A stretch of 64,000 bases of DNA from the NCBI GenBank assembly GCA_964230645.1, contig CAXRHT010000002.1:1536001-1600000 (forward strand), in the 5' to 3' direction. The position numbers and the translations under genes are program-made. The notes under the pieces are model-generated. The model made no database searches, had not been told where the DNA came from, and saw only the letters and a list, made by a program, of their open reading frames with translations. Shown piece by piece: positions 1 through 9,215 of the stretch. Source of the DNA: Bdellovibrionales bacterium. GTDB lineage: Bacteria > Bdellovibrionota > Bdellovibrionia > Bdellovibrionales > JAGQZY01. The number at the start of each line of letters is the position of its first letter. Position 1 is the stretch's first letter.

Positions 1-2
1 TT

Positions 3-260
3 GTAAAAAATGAATACGCTCCTTTCTTAAAAAAACAGTGGATTCTCCCAGGGAAGGTCGTGCAGAAAACGGGGAAACCACAAGACTTCGACTTTCAGCA
101 CGGCATCACCCATCATAAAATCTTTGTAAAAATCACCAGAAAAAGGTCCAAATTTAGCCCGGCAAAATCTGCCGAATACGAGTGGATCTCCGCTAAACAA
201 CTAAAAGAAAAGGTACCTTTCTCCCTTATCCAAAAGGCCATAGATATAGGGCTAAGATGA
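3..260 (+). CDS. mutY: 3' end of A/G-specific adenine glycosylase MutY (C-terminal NUDIX-like domain), partial
   Basis: Frame open from window start: VKNEYAPFLKKQWILPG...FQHGITHHKIFV...EWIS...PFSLIQKAI resembles the MutY C-terminal W-x-LP, H-x-(F/I)TH and P-x-x-x-x-K pattern. Confidence 0.6.
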   Translation, partial: VKNEYAPFLKKQWILPGKVVQKTGKPQDFDFQHGITHHKIFVKITRKRSKFSPAKSAEYEWISAKQLKEKVPFSLIQKAIDIGLR

Positions 261-290
261 CAAATTCCTAGATTGAAATAGAATGGAGAA

Positions 291-1316
291 ATGGGGCAGC
301 GTATCATTTCTCGTTTAATCGTATTGTTATTGGTTTTTTTCCACTCCGAGGCTTTTGCTCAAAAAGCTCATTTTGGAAAAGTTTTCGATAAAAATCTTTA
401 TCCTTCGACAAAGATCACTAAGGCTGGAAAAAACCGACAACCACTTTTCGTATCAAACTCGGGCTTTATATTCGTCAGTAAAGACCGCAAAGATCATAGC
501 GACCCACAGTTGTATTTTCGTGATCTTAATACAGGAAAAGAAAAGCGGATCACTCATCAAGTGGGTGAAATCAATGCCGGCTCTTATCTTGAGAACCGCG
601 GAGAGATTCTCTATAGCAGCTCAACGGACGAAGAAAAGGAAACACCCTTTATCTTAAAGAAATATCTCAGTCGGTTTCCGGCCTCGGTAAAAAACGATGC
701 TTTTTTCCAATTGGATTTCAGACCCCAAGAAATTTATAAAAGCCAAATTGATGGCTCGGAAATAGAAAGACTCACAGAGTTTTCTGGCTTTGATGCCTTT
801 CCGGTTTATCTTGCCAAAAAGGATCGACTCTATTTCTCTCGCTGGGAAGACAACCAAGTGAATCTTTTTGCAAAGTCTCTAAAGAGAAACCTGGCGCCTT
901 GGAAAGTTATGAAAACAAAAGGCCATGACTTAGGCCTTCAGCTCTCACCTCAAAGCGATAAGTTTGCTTGGTACCGATTCTCTCCTGATTTCAAATCTTC
1001 ACAAGTCCTTATTTCTGCTCTTGATTTTAAAAACCCAACTTACGTCACTCTCGATTCAGGGGTGAATTGGTCTCCCACGTGGCATCCTAATGGACGCTCG
1101 ATCATTTATAGCGCGAAAAATGATGGCAGTCGTGATTTCAACCTATTTGAAGTCTCTCCTGATGGCGAATGCAAACGGCAGATCACCTCAGACAGAGGAG
1201 ATGAGTTTTTTCCAACCATCAGCCCCGACGGAAAAACACTTCTCTACACCTCGACCCGCTCAGGACAGGAGGAAATTTACAAGATGACCTACCCGGGCCC
1301 TCTCTCTTGTCAGTGA
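291..1316 (+). CDS. TolB-like secreted beta-propeller (PD40 repeats)
   Basis: Signal peptide (AFA|QK); repeats WSPTWHPNGRSIIY, FPTISPDGKTLLYTSTRSG, LSPQSDKFAW. Confidence 0.8.
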   Translation: MGQRIISRLIVLLLVFFHSEAFAQKAHFGKVFDKNLYPSTKITKAGKNRQPLFVSNSGFIFVSKDRKDHSDPQLYFRDLNTGKEKRITHQVGEINAGSYLENRGEILYSSSTDEEKETPFILKKYLSRFPASVKNDAFFQLDFRPQEIYKSQIDGSEIERLTEFSGFDAFPVYLAKKDRLYFSRWEDNQVNLFAKSLKRNLAPWKVMKTKGHDLGLQLSPQSDKFAWYRFSPDFKSSQVLISALDFKNPTYVTLDSGVNWSPTWHPNGRSIIYSAKNDGSRDFNLFEVSPDGECKRQITSDRGDEFFPTISPDGKTLLYTSTRSGQEEIYKMTYPGPLSCQ

Positions 1317-1457
1317 TAAAGGGCTATTAAGGCACATATGGTCAAGGCGCCCTCTTCTAGAACGCCTAACCAGCGGGGCGATGCGGCTGACTGGACTTTC
1401 GACTTAAAGCACTAAGAGAGGTTTTCACAGCCCCTTTTAGGGTCTAAACTGAAGCCT

Positions 1458-2033
1458 ATGAAAACGATCCACTTTTTAATTCCACTGTTCGTCCTTAGCT
1501 TTCAACTTCCAGCCTTTGGAGCTCCGATTCCAGGAACTTCTTCGTCAAAACTTATGGAAGGGAAACTCGGGGTTTATAAATCCAAGTTTGGTTTTGAAAT
1601 CTTAGCTAAAAATACGCCTTGGATTCAGACTAAGCCCCCAAAGAAAAGTCGATTTATCGAAACAGTTTACCGCTCCCCGATCACGAGAAACAATGTGCGC
1701 GGCACTCTCACAGTCAGAGTCGACAATATGAAAAAAGGCACATCTCTAAAGAGCTACGTAAAACGTTGGATTAAAGAGTATCCAAAATATGGGTACGACG
1801 TTTTAGGATCGAAAGCTTTTAAAACAGGAAAGAAAAAGGGATATGTGATTGATCTGATCAATCAAAGAAAAAAGCGCCAATTGCGCCAAGTGATTTACCT
1901 TAATAAAAAAACAGCCGTGTTGATGACTTGCCGTGATCACACCAAAAGTTTCCGCTCCACTCTGAAAGAGTGCAACAATATTGTTAAAGGATTCCGCTGG
2001 GACGGACGCTCACAAAGCTCAACCGTTCGATAA
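1458..2033 (+). CDS. Secreted, basic hypothetical protein (possibly PsbP/DcrB-like fold)
   Basis: 191-aa ORF with signal peptide (AFG|AP); fold guess from beta-rich pattern only. Confidence 0.6.
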   Translation: MKTIHFLIPLFVLSFQLPAFGAPIPGTSSSKLMEGKLGVYKSKFGFEILAKNTPWIQTKPPKKSRFIETVYRSPITRNNVRGTLTVRVDNMKKGTSLKSYVKRWIKEYPKYGYDVLGSKAFKTGKKKGYVIDLINQRKKRQLRQVIYLNKKTAVLMTCRDHTKSFRSTLKECNNIVKGFRWDGRSQSSTVR

Positions 2034-2211
2034 ATCTTCAATTTTCGAGGTTTTTTGAACAAAAGCCTCTTTTAGCTTTCAAGACCCTTTCGTTTACCCT
2101 TAAAGACTTCATTCTATTTAAGAGTCTTTTCTCATAATATCTCTATCCCTCTGCCTTCTGGTTGCCTCCCCTCTGCGATAATTTATAATTCTCTTTAACA
2201 AAGGATGGCCC

Positions 2212-2790
2212 ATGACATTTTTCTCTCTTTTAATTGGCTTTAGCTCTTTTCTCTTTGCAGGCAACCAGTCCGCACTAGTGGCACAGCCATTGGTAGGCAC
2301 ATTTTTTAAAACAGGAAATTACGAAGTTCTGCAAGAAAGAACGACCACCATTGTTGATCCCAGAATGTCAGACAGTAAGGAGATTATTCAGGCCTTAAAA
2401 AATGAAGGTTTTCGATGTGGTAAAAAAGTTCAAGTCTATCGTTGTGTTCGGTTCGCTGAAAACCCCGAGATCGACCCCGGTCTCCAAATTGAACCCCTTA
2501 GAGAAAAGATTGAATTTGGAACACCAAAGTCACTAACAGATCTCAACGAAGCCAGCGAGGTCACACAATTTTTTATTCAGCAGGATATTTATATAGACAA
2601 TAATTATTACGAAAAAGCTTGGTACACAATCACCGATCGATTCAACAAAGTGCGTGCGGGAGCAAAAAATCATCCCGAACCTATTCACCTTATCTTCAAA
2701 AAAGGTACTGTGGCCGAACTTCAATTCTATCATATCAACCACAGTCGTTTTTCTTGGACCGACTATATAATAGAAGTTGAGTATCGATAG
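2212..2790 (+). CDS. Secreted hypothetical protein
   Basis: 192-aa ORF, AAGGA upstream, hydrophobic N-terminus. Confidence 0.6.
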   Translation: MTFFSLLIGFSSFLFAGNQSALVAQPLVGTFFKTGNYEVLQERTTTIVDPRMSDSKEIIQALKNEGFRCGKKVQVYRCVRFAENPEIDPGLQIEPLREKIEFGTPKSLTDLNEASEVTQFFIQQDIYIDNNYYEKAWYTITDRFNKVRAGAKNHPEPIHLIFKKGTVAELQFYHINHSRFSWTDYIIEVEYR

Positions 2791-2797
2791 ATATCGA

Positions 2798-3727
2798 TCA
2801 AAGCTCTTGGGTGGAGTTCATTTGTTCCACCCACTCTTTTGTCAAAAACTCGAGTTCATCACTCAACGGATAAGTTGAAAAACCACTGTTAGCACAACCA
2901 TTACTTGTCGCAGTTAAAATTCCTAGAATTTCCCACTCTTGGGTTTCTTGGTTTCTAATTAACAGGGGGCCTCCAGAATCTCCATAGCAGATGGTTTGAT
3001 AAAGGGGGGAATAGGTCTGCCAGCCTAAAATATTGTCGGACTCCTGCTGAACAAAACCGATGAGTCTTTGATAAGAAAAGTAGGCCTCGCTATCCACCTC
3101 TTCTTCTCTCCTTGAATTAATACCGTAACCCACTACAACGACCTCTTGCCTGAAAGAAAGGTCACCCTGATAAAACCGAAGGGGCCTAGAACCTGAAGGG
3201 ATCCTGTTCACCTTTATCAAAGCCAGGTCCATCATTTGAGATGAGTGCTCAGGAAAATTAACCCAACGCCTTCGATTTTCAATGGAATCGTAAAAATTAA
3301 AAGCTCTTTGCCTATCATAGGGTAAATAACCATTCACAAAAGCGTCCGCTCCCGTCGTGGGTGGACCCTTGTAAACTGAACGATAATCAAGGACATCCGA
3401 AATGATATCCTCTTCACTATGGGTAAAGCGAATTTGAACGCCAGAATTTGAGATGTCCAAACAATGACCTGAGGTCATAATAAAATGAGAACTCACAATG
3501 ACACCTGTACACCTCAGAGTTTGCTCATCACCCCTTACTATAACTTGGACAATCGATGCTACAGCTGGGGAGTTTTCATCCACAGGTTCGCCGTCAATGA
3601 CCACTCTTTGCAGGTACTGGTCTCTAAAAAATGGCGACTCATCTGTAGCTAAATGGAGATTTTGTCCCAGAGCACTTAGGGGGATCAAAAACCAAAAGGC
3701 AAAAAAGAGGCGTTGAGCTCGGGACAT
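2798..3727 (-). CDS. Secreted trypsin-like (S1) serine protease
   Basis: TSGHC, DLALI and GDSGGP catalytic-triad motifs; signal peptide from ATG 3727 (MSRAQRLFF...ALG). Confidence 0.9.
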   Translation of the reverse strand: MSRAQRLFFAFWFLIPLSALGQNLHLATDESPFFRDQYLQRVVIDGEPVDENSPAVASIVQVIVRGDEQTLRCTGVIVSSHFIMTSGHCLDISNSGVQIRFTHSEEDIISDVLDYRSVYKGPPTTGADAFVNGYLPYDRQRAFNFYDSIENRRRWVNFPEHSSQMMDLALIKVNRIPSGSRPLRFYQGDLSFRQEVVVVGYGINSRREEEVDSEAYFSYQRLIGFVQQESDNILGWQTYSPLYQTICYGDSGGPLLIRNQETQEWEILGILTATSNGCANSGFSTYPLSDELEFLTKEWVEQMNSTQEL

Positions 3728-3739
3728 ACTGGAATATTT

Positions 3740-3756
3740 TGCAATTCTTAGGCCCA
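3740..3756 (-). promoter_or_regulatory. sigma54-like -24/-12 motif upstream of protease
   Basis: Minus strand TG-GG-CCTAAGAATT-GC-A, exact GG-N10-GC spacing. Confidence 0.45.
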
Positions 3757-3881
3757 CCAGGAACGATTTAATCGCTTTTCAAGGCCAAAAAGAGCGGAAA
3801 ACTACAAAGATTGTCAGGAAACCCCATTAAGAGGCTTTTCAACTTCCGAGCCCGGCTCAAAGGAAGGTTCCACAGCAAGGT

Positions 3882-4517
3882 TTATATTTCTAGGAAATAA
3901 CCTTTTCCTTTCACTGTTTTTATCTTCATACCAAGAATTTTGAGCTTTCTACGAAGCGAATGTATATGCACATCAAGACTTCGGCTTCCACTTTGCTGAT
4001 ACAAACTTTCTCGACTGACAATGCTTCTCCCAGATGCCTTTAACTTCTCGAAAATTTCAAACTCCATTTTAGTTAATTTCAATATTTTTTCACCGAGTTG
4101 CAATCGGAGATTTTTTGAATCTAATACCAATGAGTTGTCGAGATTGGCCTTTTTGAACGACAACAGCTGATTAATTTTTGCCAATAGCACTTTAAAATCC
4201 ATTGGCTTCGCGATGCAATCATTGGCCCCATCTCGGATAGCGGTCAGCATCGATTCTTGAGTGAGATTGCCAGAGATCAATATAATCGGAATCACTGAAT
4301 TTATTTCGCGAATCTGTCGAACCAATACATTTCCATTGGCTGCAGGTAAATGTAAATCAGTGATTACTAGGTCTGGCTCGATTTTTTCAAAATTATAAAT
4401 AAAATCTTCGAAAGTCCTATATGTATGGACTTTGAAATTCGCCACCTCGAGCAATGACTCAAGGACATTTAATAAATCGATCTCATCATCGATAACGGCG
4501 ACGGTTGGTTGACTCAT
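3882..4517 (-). CDS. OmpR/PhoB-family response regulator
   Basis: REC (IDDE, TDLHLP, ISG, AKP) plus winged helix (LTKMEF, SLDVHIHSLRRKL, IKTVKGKGY); start taken at ATG 4517. Confidence 0.9.
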   Translation of the reverse strand: MSQPTVAVIDDEIDLLNVLESLLEVANFKVHTYRTFEDFIYNFEKIEPDLVITDLHLPAANGNVLVRQIREINSVIPIILISGNLTQESMLTAIRDGANDCIAKPMDFKVLLAKINQLLSFKKANLDNSLVLDSKNLRLQLGEKILKLTKMEFEIFEKLKASGRSIVSRESLYQQSGSRSLDVHIHSLRRKLKILGMKIKTVKGKGYFLEI

Positions 4518-4710
4518 TCTTTTATAATACAAAATATTTTTATTTAGTCCTATTGTATTTTTGAATTTCTCTCATTAGACCTTCGTCTCTCTAACGTTAG
4601 ACAATGGTCAGAATTTCTAAGAAATAGGGCTCTTCTACTTATTTTTTGCTAAACTATAAATTATAAGTAGCAGATTTTATTGATTATTTTGGTGTTGGAA
4701 ACTTTAAACT

Positions 4711-7218
4711 ATGTCATGGCGGCTTTTTCTTTTTATTATACTAACACCCTGCTTGTCCCTTACCGCTCCTCCCAAAGAATTCAATGAATATACAGAACGA
4801 ATTCTACTCCTCAGAACTCGTGCGGGCGATAACATCTTTGACAGTCTCCTAGCTCATGAGTCCGATCGTATTCTTTATGTATCAGCCACTGATTTTTTTG
4901 AAACTTTGGGTTTTAAGACAAAAATAGTTGATTCGGATTCCCTTTTCCAAGCCAAGGTCTCAAGTCCAAAGCTCGAAATTGAAATTAACTGGAAAACTTG
5001 TGCAATAAAATCAAATGACTTGTTTAACGAGGTAAACTGTCTTGCTTTTGATTACTACGAGGACGATCTCTTTATCTCTCGGGTTCTCTTAGAAGAAATT
5101 CTTAAAGCAGAACTCACCTACCTCCCCTACAAATCAGAATTAAGGATGTTTTCAGAAGAGCCTTATCCCGTTTTAAGTCAAATAAAACGCAAGAAAACCA
5201 AAAAGAAGTCACTCAAAAGATTTGACCCCGGATTCCCCAAAAAAGAATCTACCGCTCAATCCTTGGAGAACTTCTACTTGGATCAACAGATCTCCCTCCT
5301 TTTAAAAAGGGGGAACAAAGGAGAAGTTGGATACTATTCCAATTTCGTGACCGACATCTCTGATCACGAAGTTCAAATTACCACCCAAGGCACTGATCGA
5401 CAGAATGACTTTACAACAGGGCTAGTAAGAAGAGACTTTTATGGTTCTCAAAAAAATGACTATGTTTCTACTTATCAGTTAGGTACGGTTGTCATACCGA
5501 CAGCTGAAATTATCGGTGGACCTACGGGTGGACATGGTGCCTATGTGACCAATCGAGAGCAACAAAACCTCATTAGCTTTGGCCAGCGTGAGCTTGAAGG
5601 AAACCTAAGGCCCAATTGGGAAGTTGAACTTTATGTAAATGATATTCTTTTTGGTAGACAATCAGGTAATGTACAAGGGCGTTATCGCTTCACTGATGTT
5701 CCTATTCTCTACGGTCTTAATAATTATCGACTCGAATTTTATGGTCCACAAGGGGAAAGAACGACCGAATATATCAACTCCAACATCTCGCCTAGAAACG
5801 TCAAGAAAAACCAATTACGATACGAAGCTGGATTAACTTTTGATCAACCACACACGGAAGCACATTCCCAACTCTCCTATGGAATAAGTGATCACTTTTC
5901 GGCCTATGCCGCCTTCTCCCGCTATAATTTGCAAGGAGAGAGTGACCCAAGAGATTATTCCGTACTCGGAATTAATTCACTAAGAGACAGTTTCACAACG
6001 AGTGCGTTTTATGGTCAAGATATGACAGGAGGCGGATCTTTTTACGCACTTAGGTCTCAAATTCTTTTCGACCCAAGTAATCTTCAAATTCTCTACATTG
6101 ATGCCAATCAGTTTCGCTCCAGCAACTTTTTTCCCATTGGCCAATTCATAGACAAATCCATCCAAGCCGATTTGACAACCAGTGCTTTCGGAATTGCCTC
6201 GATGCTTTACCGCTTCAATCACAATATTTTCGAGGATGGTAGTGTTTCCAATCAAGCCTTTCAATTTATGGTATTTTCAATAAATAGCCTATCGTTTCAA
6301 CTTCGCAACGATCTTGGTCACGGAGAAGATAATGATGTTCAAATGATCTACACCTACTTTCGGAATCAATTTCGCGCTCGGATCAACTACAGTAAATCCT
6401 CTTTGGAAAGCCTCGGATTAGAGTTCCGCAATCGTTTTGCGCGAGACTCCTCAGTGTTTTCTTCATTAGAGCACAACCTCAAAACTCACATTAACCTTGT
6501 TAGAGCTGGCTATCAGCATCGCCTGAAAGACTTTATAGCAGGTTTTGAAGCTCTGTCTGATGGGCAAAAAAATCATCAGATCTTTCTTAGACTTCGTACG
6601 TCTTTTGGATTGCATACTAATACACCGACATTTCAAGTCTCATCAGATCCCTTGGCAAGTCGCGGAAATATCTGTGCACGAGTCTTTCATGACTTAAACA
6701 ATGATGGTTTTTACCAACCCGATAGTGAAGCACCCCTAGAAGGTGTGGAATTGAGTTGGATTCAGGGGAATCGAACATTTAAGAGTGATAATGATGGTCA
6801 TGTATTTCTTAGCGATCTACCACTTTACCAAGCCGCGGATATTCAACTTCTTCACGCCAGCGTTGAAGATCCTACGCTCAGCTTTCACGACCAAGGTATA
6901 AGAGCTTTTCTACAAAAAGGTCAGTGTTTAAAAATGAACTTCCCTCTCGTTACAGTCAATGAGGTTGAAGGGCAAATTATCAAATCGGGCTCGGATCAAC
7001 CTCCTCGTACCACTTTCTTATTAATTAATTTAGAAAACCAAAAAATAGAAAGAGTGCGAAGCGATCGTGAAGGTTTTTTCTTATTCCCCGCCGTTCCTCC
7101 TGGAAAATATTTGCTTCGCCCCGAAAACAATCAGAAGTCATTCACCCCTCGAAAATATCAACTTGATACAAATGACTCCCAATCTTTAGATCAAGAGTTT
7201 TTCTTTGAGAAGTCATAA
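4711..7218 (+). CDS. Fimbrial usher-like outer-membrane protein with C-terminal SdrD-B/carboxypeptidase-regulatory-like domains
   Basis: 835 aa, signal peptide; plug-like GNLRPNWEVELYVND...GRYRFTDVPILYGLNNYRLEFYGPQG; amphipathic beta strands; RVFHDLNNDG and SDREGFFLFPAVPPGKYLL; next to pilin-like and chaperone genes. Confidence 0.75.
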   Translation: MSWRLFLFIILTPCLSLTAPPKEFNEYTERILLLRTRAGDNIFDSLLAHESDRILYVSATDFFETLGFKTKIVDSDSLFQAKVSSPKLEIEINWKTCAIKSNDLFNEVNCLAFDYYEDDLFISRVLLEEILKAELTYLPYKSELRMFSEEPYPVLSQIKRKKTKKKSLKRFDPGFPKKESTAQSLENFYLDQQISLLLKRGNKGEVGYYSNFVTDISDHEVQITTQGTDRQNDFTTGLVRRDFYGSQKNDYVSTYQLGTVVIPTAEIIGGPTGGHGAYVTNREQQNLISFGQRELEGNLRPNWEVELYVNDILFGRQSGNVQGRYRFTDVPILYGLNNYRLEFYGPQGERTTEYINSNISPRNVKKNQLRYEAGLTFDQPHTEAHSQLSYGISDHFSAYAAFSRYNLQGESDPRDYSVLGINSLRDSFTTSAFYGQDMTGGGSFYALRSQILFDPSNLQILYIDANQFRSSNFFPIGQFIDKSIQADLTTSAFGIASMLYRFNHNIFEDGSVSNQAFQFMVFSINSLSFQLRNDLGHGEDNDVQMIYTYFRNQFRARINYSKSSLESLGLEFRNRFARDSSVFSSLEHNLKTHINLVRAGYQHRLKDFIAGFEALSDGQKNHQIFLRLRTSFGLHTNTPTFQVSSDPLASRGNICARVFHDLNNDGFYQPDSEAPLEGVELSWIQGNRTFKSDNDGHVFLSDLPLYQAADIQLLHASVEDPTLSFHDQGIRAFLQKGQCLKMNFPLVTVNEVEGQIIKSGSDQPPRTTFLLINLENQKIERVRSDREGFFLFPAVPPGKYLLRPENNQKSFTPRKYQLDTNDSQSLDQEFFFEKS

Positions 7219-7294
7219 ACTGCTGTAATTACTAGTTAAATATTCCCCTCCCAGATCGAATTTACTAAATATCAGTGTTATCTTAATTTTTTTC

Positions 7295-7321
7295 TTAAGA
7301 TTTGCAAATCTTAACCGATAA
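7295..7321 (+). promoter_or_regulatory. sigma28 (FliA)-like promoter for the major pilin-like gene
   Basis: TTAA-N15-ACCGATAA versus consensus TAAA-N15-GCCGATAA; strong RBS AAAGGAG before ATG 7369. Confidence 0.5.
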
Positions 7322-7368
7322 ATCTTTTGTCTAGGTTAAAGGCCTACAACTAACAAAGGAGAACGTTT

Positions 7369-7863
7369 ATGAATTTTGTAAAAAAGCTAAGCTTAGTTGT
7401 TTCCATTCTTACGATAAGCAGCACCTTCCACCTTCAGGTAGCACAAGCGGCTTCTGACACAGCTCAAGCACTCCAGCTGGTTTTGTCCCCAATCGCAATC
7501 ACTCAGGTTTCCGATCTCGACTTTGGTTCAGGCTATCCAGGAGATGCCGCTAGAACAGTTGCACCAGGCGTTGCTGAAAATGCTGAGAACGCTAGTTTCG
7601 CGGTATCTGGAGAAGCCAACACCGCTTACACCATTACCCTTCCTGCCGATGGAGTTGTTACGATGATTACCGGAGCGGGTGTGGTAGCCGATGAGCAAAT
7701 CGGTGTAAACGGATTTCTATCATTCCCCGCGGCCGGAGCTAATGGACTATTAGATGCTACCGGAAATCAAAACTTATTTGTAGGAGCCACAAGAGATGCC
7801 CTGCTAGCAACCCAAGTTGCCGGTTCCTACGCGGCCACCTTTACTGTAGATGTCGTTTATTAA
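7369..7863 (+). CDS. DUF4402-like / Csu-type pilin, probable major subunit
   Basis: Signal peptide (AQA|AS); LDFG motif; C-terminal GSYAATFTVDVVY typical of spore-coat-U/DUF4402 pilins; no Cys. Confidence 0.8.
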   Translation: MNFVKKLSLVVSILTISSTFHLQVAQAASDTAQALQLVLSPIAITQVSDLDFGSGYPGDAARTVAPGVAENAENASFAVSGEANTAYTITLPADGVVTMITGAGVVADEQIGVNGFLSFPAAGANGLLDATGNQNLFVGATRDALLATQVAGSYAATFTVDVVY

Positions 7864-7874
7864 AAATCAATTTA

Positions 7875-7910
7875 GATGGTCGAGATTTAATTACAAGAAT
7901 CTCGACCATC
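7875..7910. repeat. Perfect 13-bp stem-loop between the two pilin genes
   Basis: GATGGTCGAGATT-N10-AATCTCGACCATC, no U-tract after it. Confidence 0.9.
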
Positions 7911-7959
7911 GGCAGGTTCATTCGTTGAGCCGCCCTAAATATGGAACTAAAATTTATCT

Positions 7960-8379
7960 ATGCTGAGTCGACGAACACTCACCTTATTTCTGCTAATTTT
8001 TCTTGTGGCACCCGTTAAGGCTGGGCCAATTTCAATCACTACAATATCCGATCTTCATTTTGGTATTGGATTTCCGGGAGATGGCACTAAAGTGGTTCCT
8101 CCTGACAATGTGGAAACCGCTGAAAACGCAAGTTTTCTAATTACTGGGGACCCGAATAGACGCTTTAGAATAACACTTCCAAGAAGAATTAACATGAACT
8201 CGCCTAACGGAACTCACTCCATTAGAGTGCGAAGATTTCGTTCATCTCCGAGTCGAAGAGGACGCTTAGATGCCACTGGAAGGGCCTTCTTATACATTGG
8301 AGCCACACGAAACGCTATTGGAGCGAATGTAGAATCTGGACTTTATCGTGGAGTATTTACGGTTACAGTAATTTATTAA
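7960..8379 (+). CDS. DUF4402-like pilin paralogue, Arg-rich minor subunit
   Basis: Aligns with 7369 protein (PISITTISDLHFG/PIAITQVSDLDFG; AENASF; LDATG; GATR; GLYRGVFTVTVIY). Confidence 0.8.
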   Translation: MLSRRTLTLFLLIFLVAPVKAGPISITTISDLHFGIGFPGDGTKVVPPDNVETAENASFLITGDPNRRFRITLPRRINMNSPNGTHSIRVRRFRSSPSRRGRLDATGRAFLYIGATRNAIGANVESGLYRGVFTVTVIY

Positions 8380-8395
8380 CATCATTGGAGAAAAA

Positions 8396-9202
8396 ATGCG
8401 GAAATTGACTCTTGTCGCCCTTACTCTTTTTTTTACAAACTCTAGCTTTGGCAATCTGCAGGTTTACCCGACCCGTCTATTTTTGAGTCCGCGTAGCAAG
8501 ACGGGTACGATTTCAATTAAACTTAAAACTGATGAACCTATGACCTATCGGGTTTCTACCATGTTTTACGAAATGCTACCTGATGGTAGTATGAAACAAC
8601 GACCAGATCTGGCTCGGAGCGAAGAATCAGCAAAAAAGTATCTAAGGTATTCGCCTAAAAGAATCTCCTTAAAACCTGGAGTGGAACAGGTCGTCAGAAT
8701 CAGCGCGAGACGCTTCAAAAGCATGTCTCGAAAAGAAGTAAGAACTCACCTCTATTTTCGACCTGAGGAAAAAACACCTAATAAGAACAAAAAAAACAAA
8801 CTTACCAAAAAGGAAAGTGCTTTCGACCTCAGAGCTCAAGTCGCTGTAGCTATACCAATAATTGTTAGCTCTGAACCATCAGAAAAACCACACTCTATTG
8901 AAAACTTTAAACTTTTTACTGAAAACGGAACGAATTACTTCTCCTTCAACCTTGTCAATAATTCCGAACGTTATCTCTATGGTGATATTAAGGTTTATAA
9001 AAACAATTCTGGTGACAGAAAACTTTTGACTGAAGTCAAAGGGATCTCCTCTTACATCCCCAAGCGTTTAATAAAGTTTTCACTCACTGAGTTAAACAAA
9101 GGTTCAATCCCAAATGGAGAATACTTGGCTGAATTTAATGAGTATTCAAGTGTGAAAAAAGAAGAGGGTAAAATCACTAAAGCTCAGTTCATCAAAAAAT
9201 AG
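8396..9202 (+). CDS. Periplasmic pilus-assembly chaperone (PapD/EcpB-like)
   Basis: Signal peptide; LQVYPTRLFL; RYSPKRISLKPGVEQVVRI; AIPIIV. Confidence 0.8.
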   Translation: MRKLTLVALTLFFTNSSFGNLQVYPTRLFLSPRSKTGTISIKLKTDEPMTYRVSTMFYEMLPDGSMKQRPDLARSEESAKKYLRYSPKRISLKPGVEQVVRISARRFKSMSRKEVRTHLYFRPEEKTPNKNKKNKLTKKESAFDLRAQVAVAIPIIVSSEPSEKPHSIENFKLFTENGTNYFSFNLVNNSERYLYGDIKVYKNNSGDRKLLTEVKGISSYIPKRLIKFSLTELNKGSIPNGEYLAEFNEYSSVKKEEGKITKAQFIKK

Positions 9203-9215
9203 AAGCGGTATTAAT

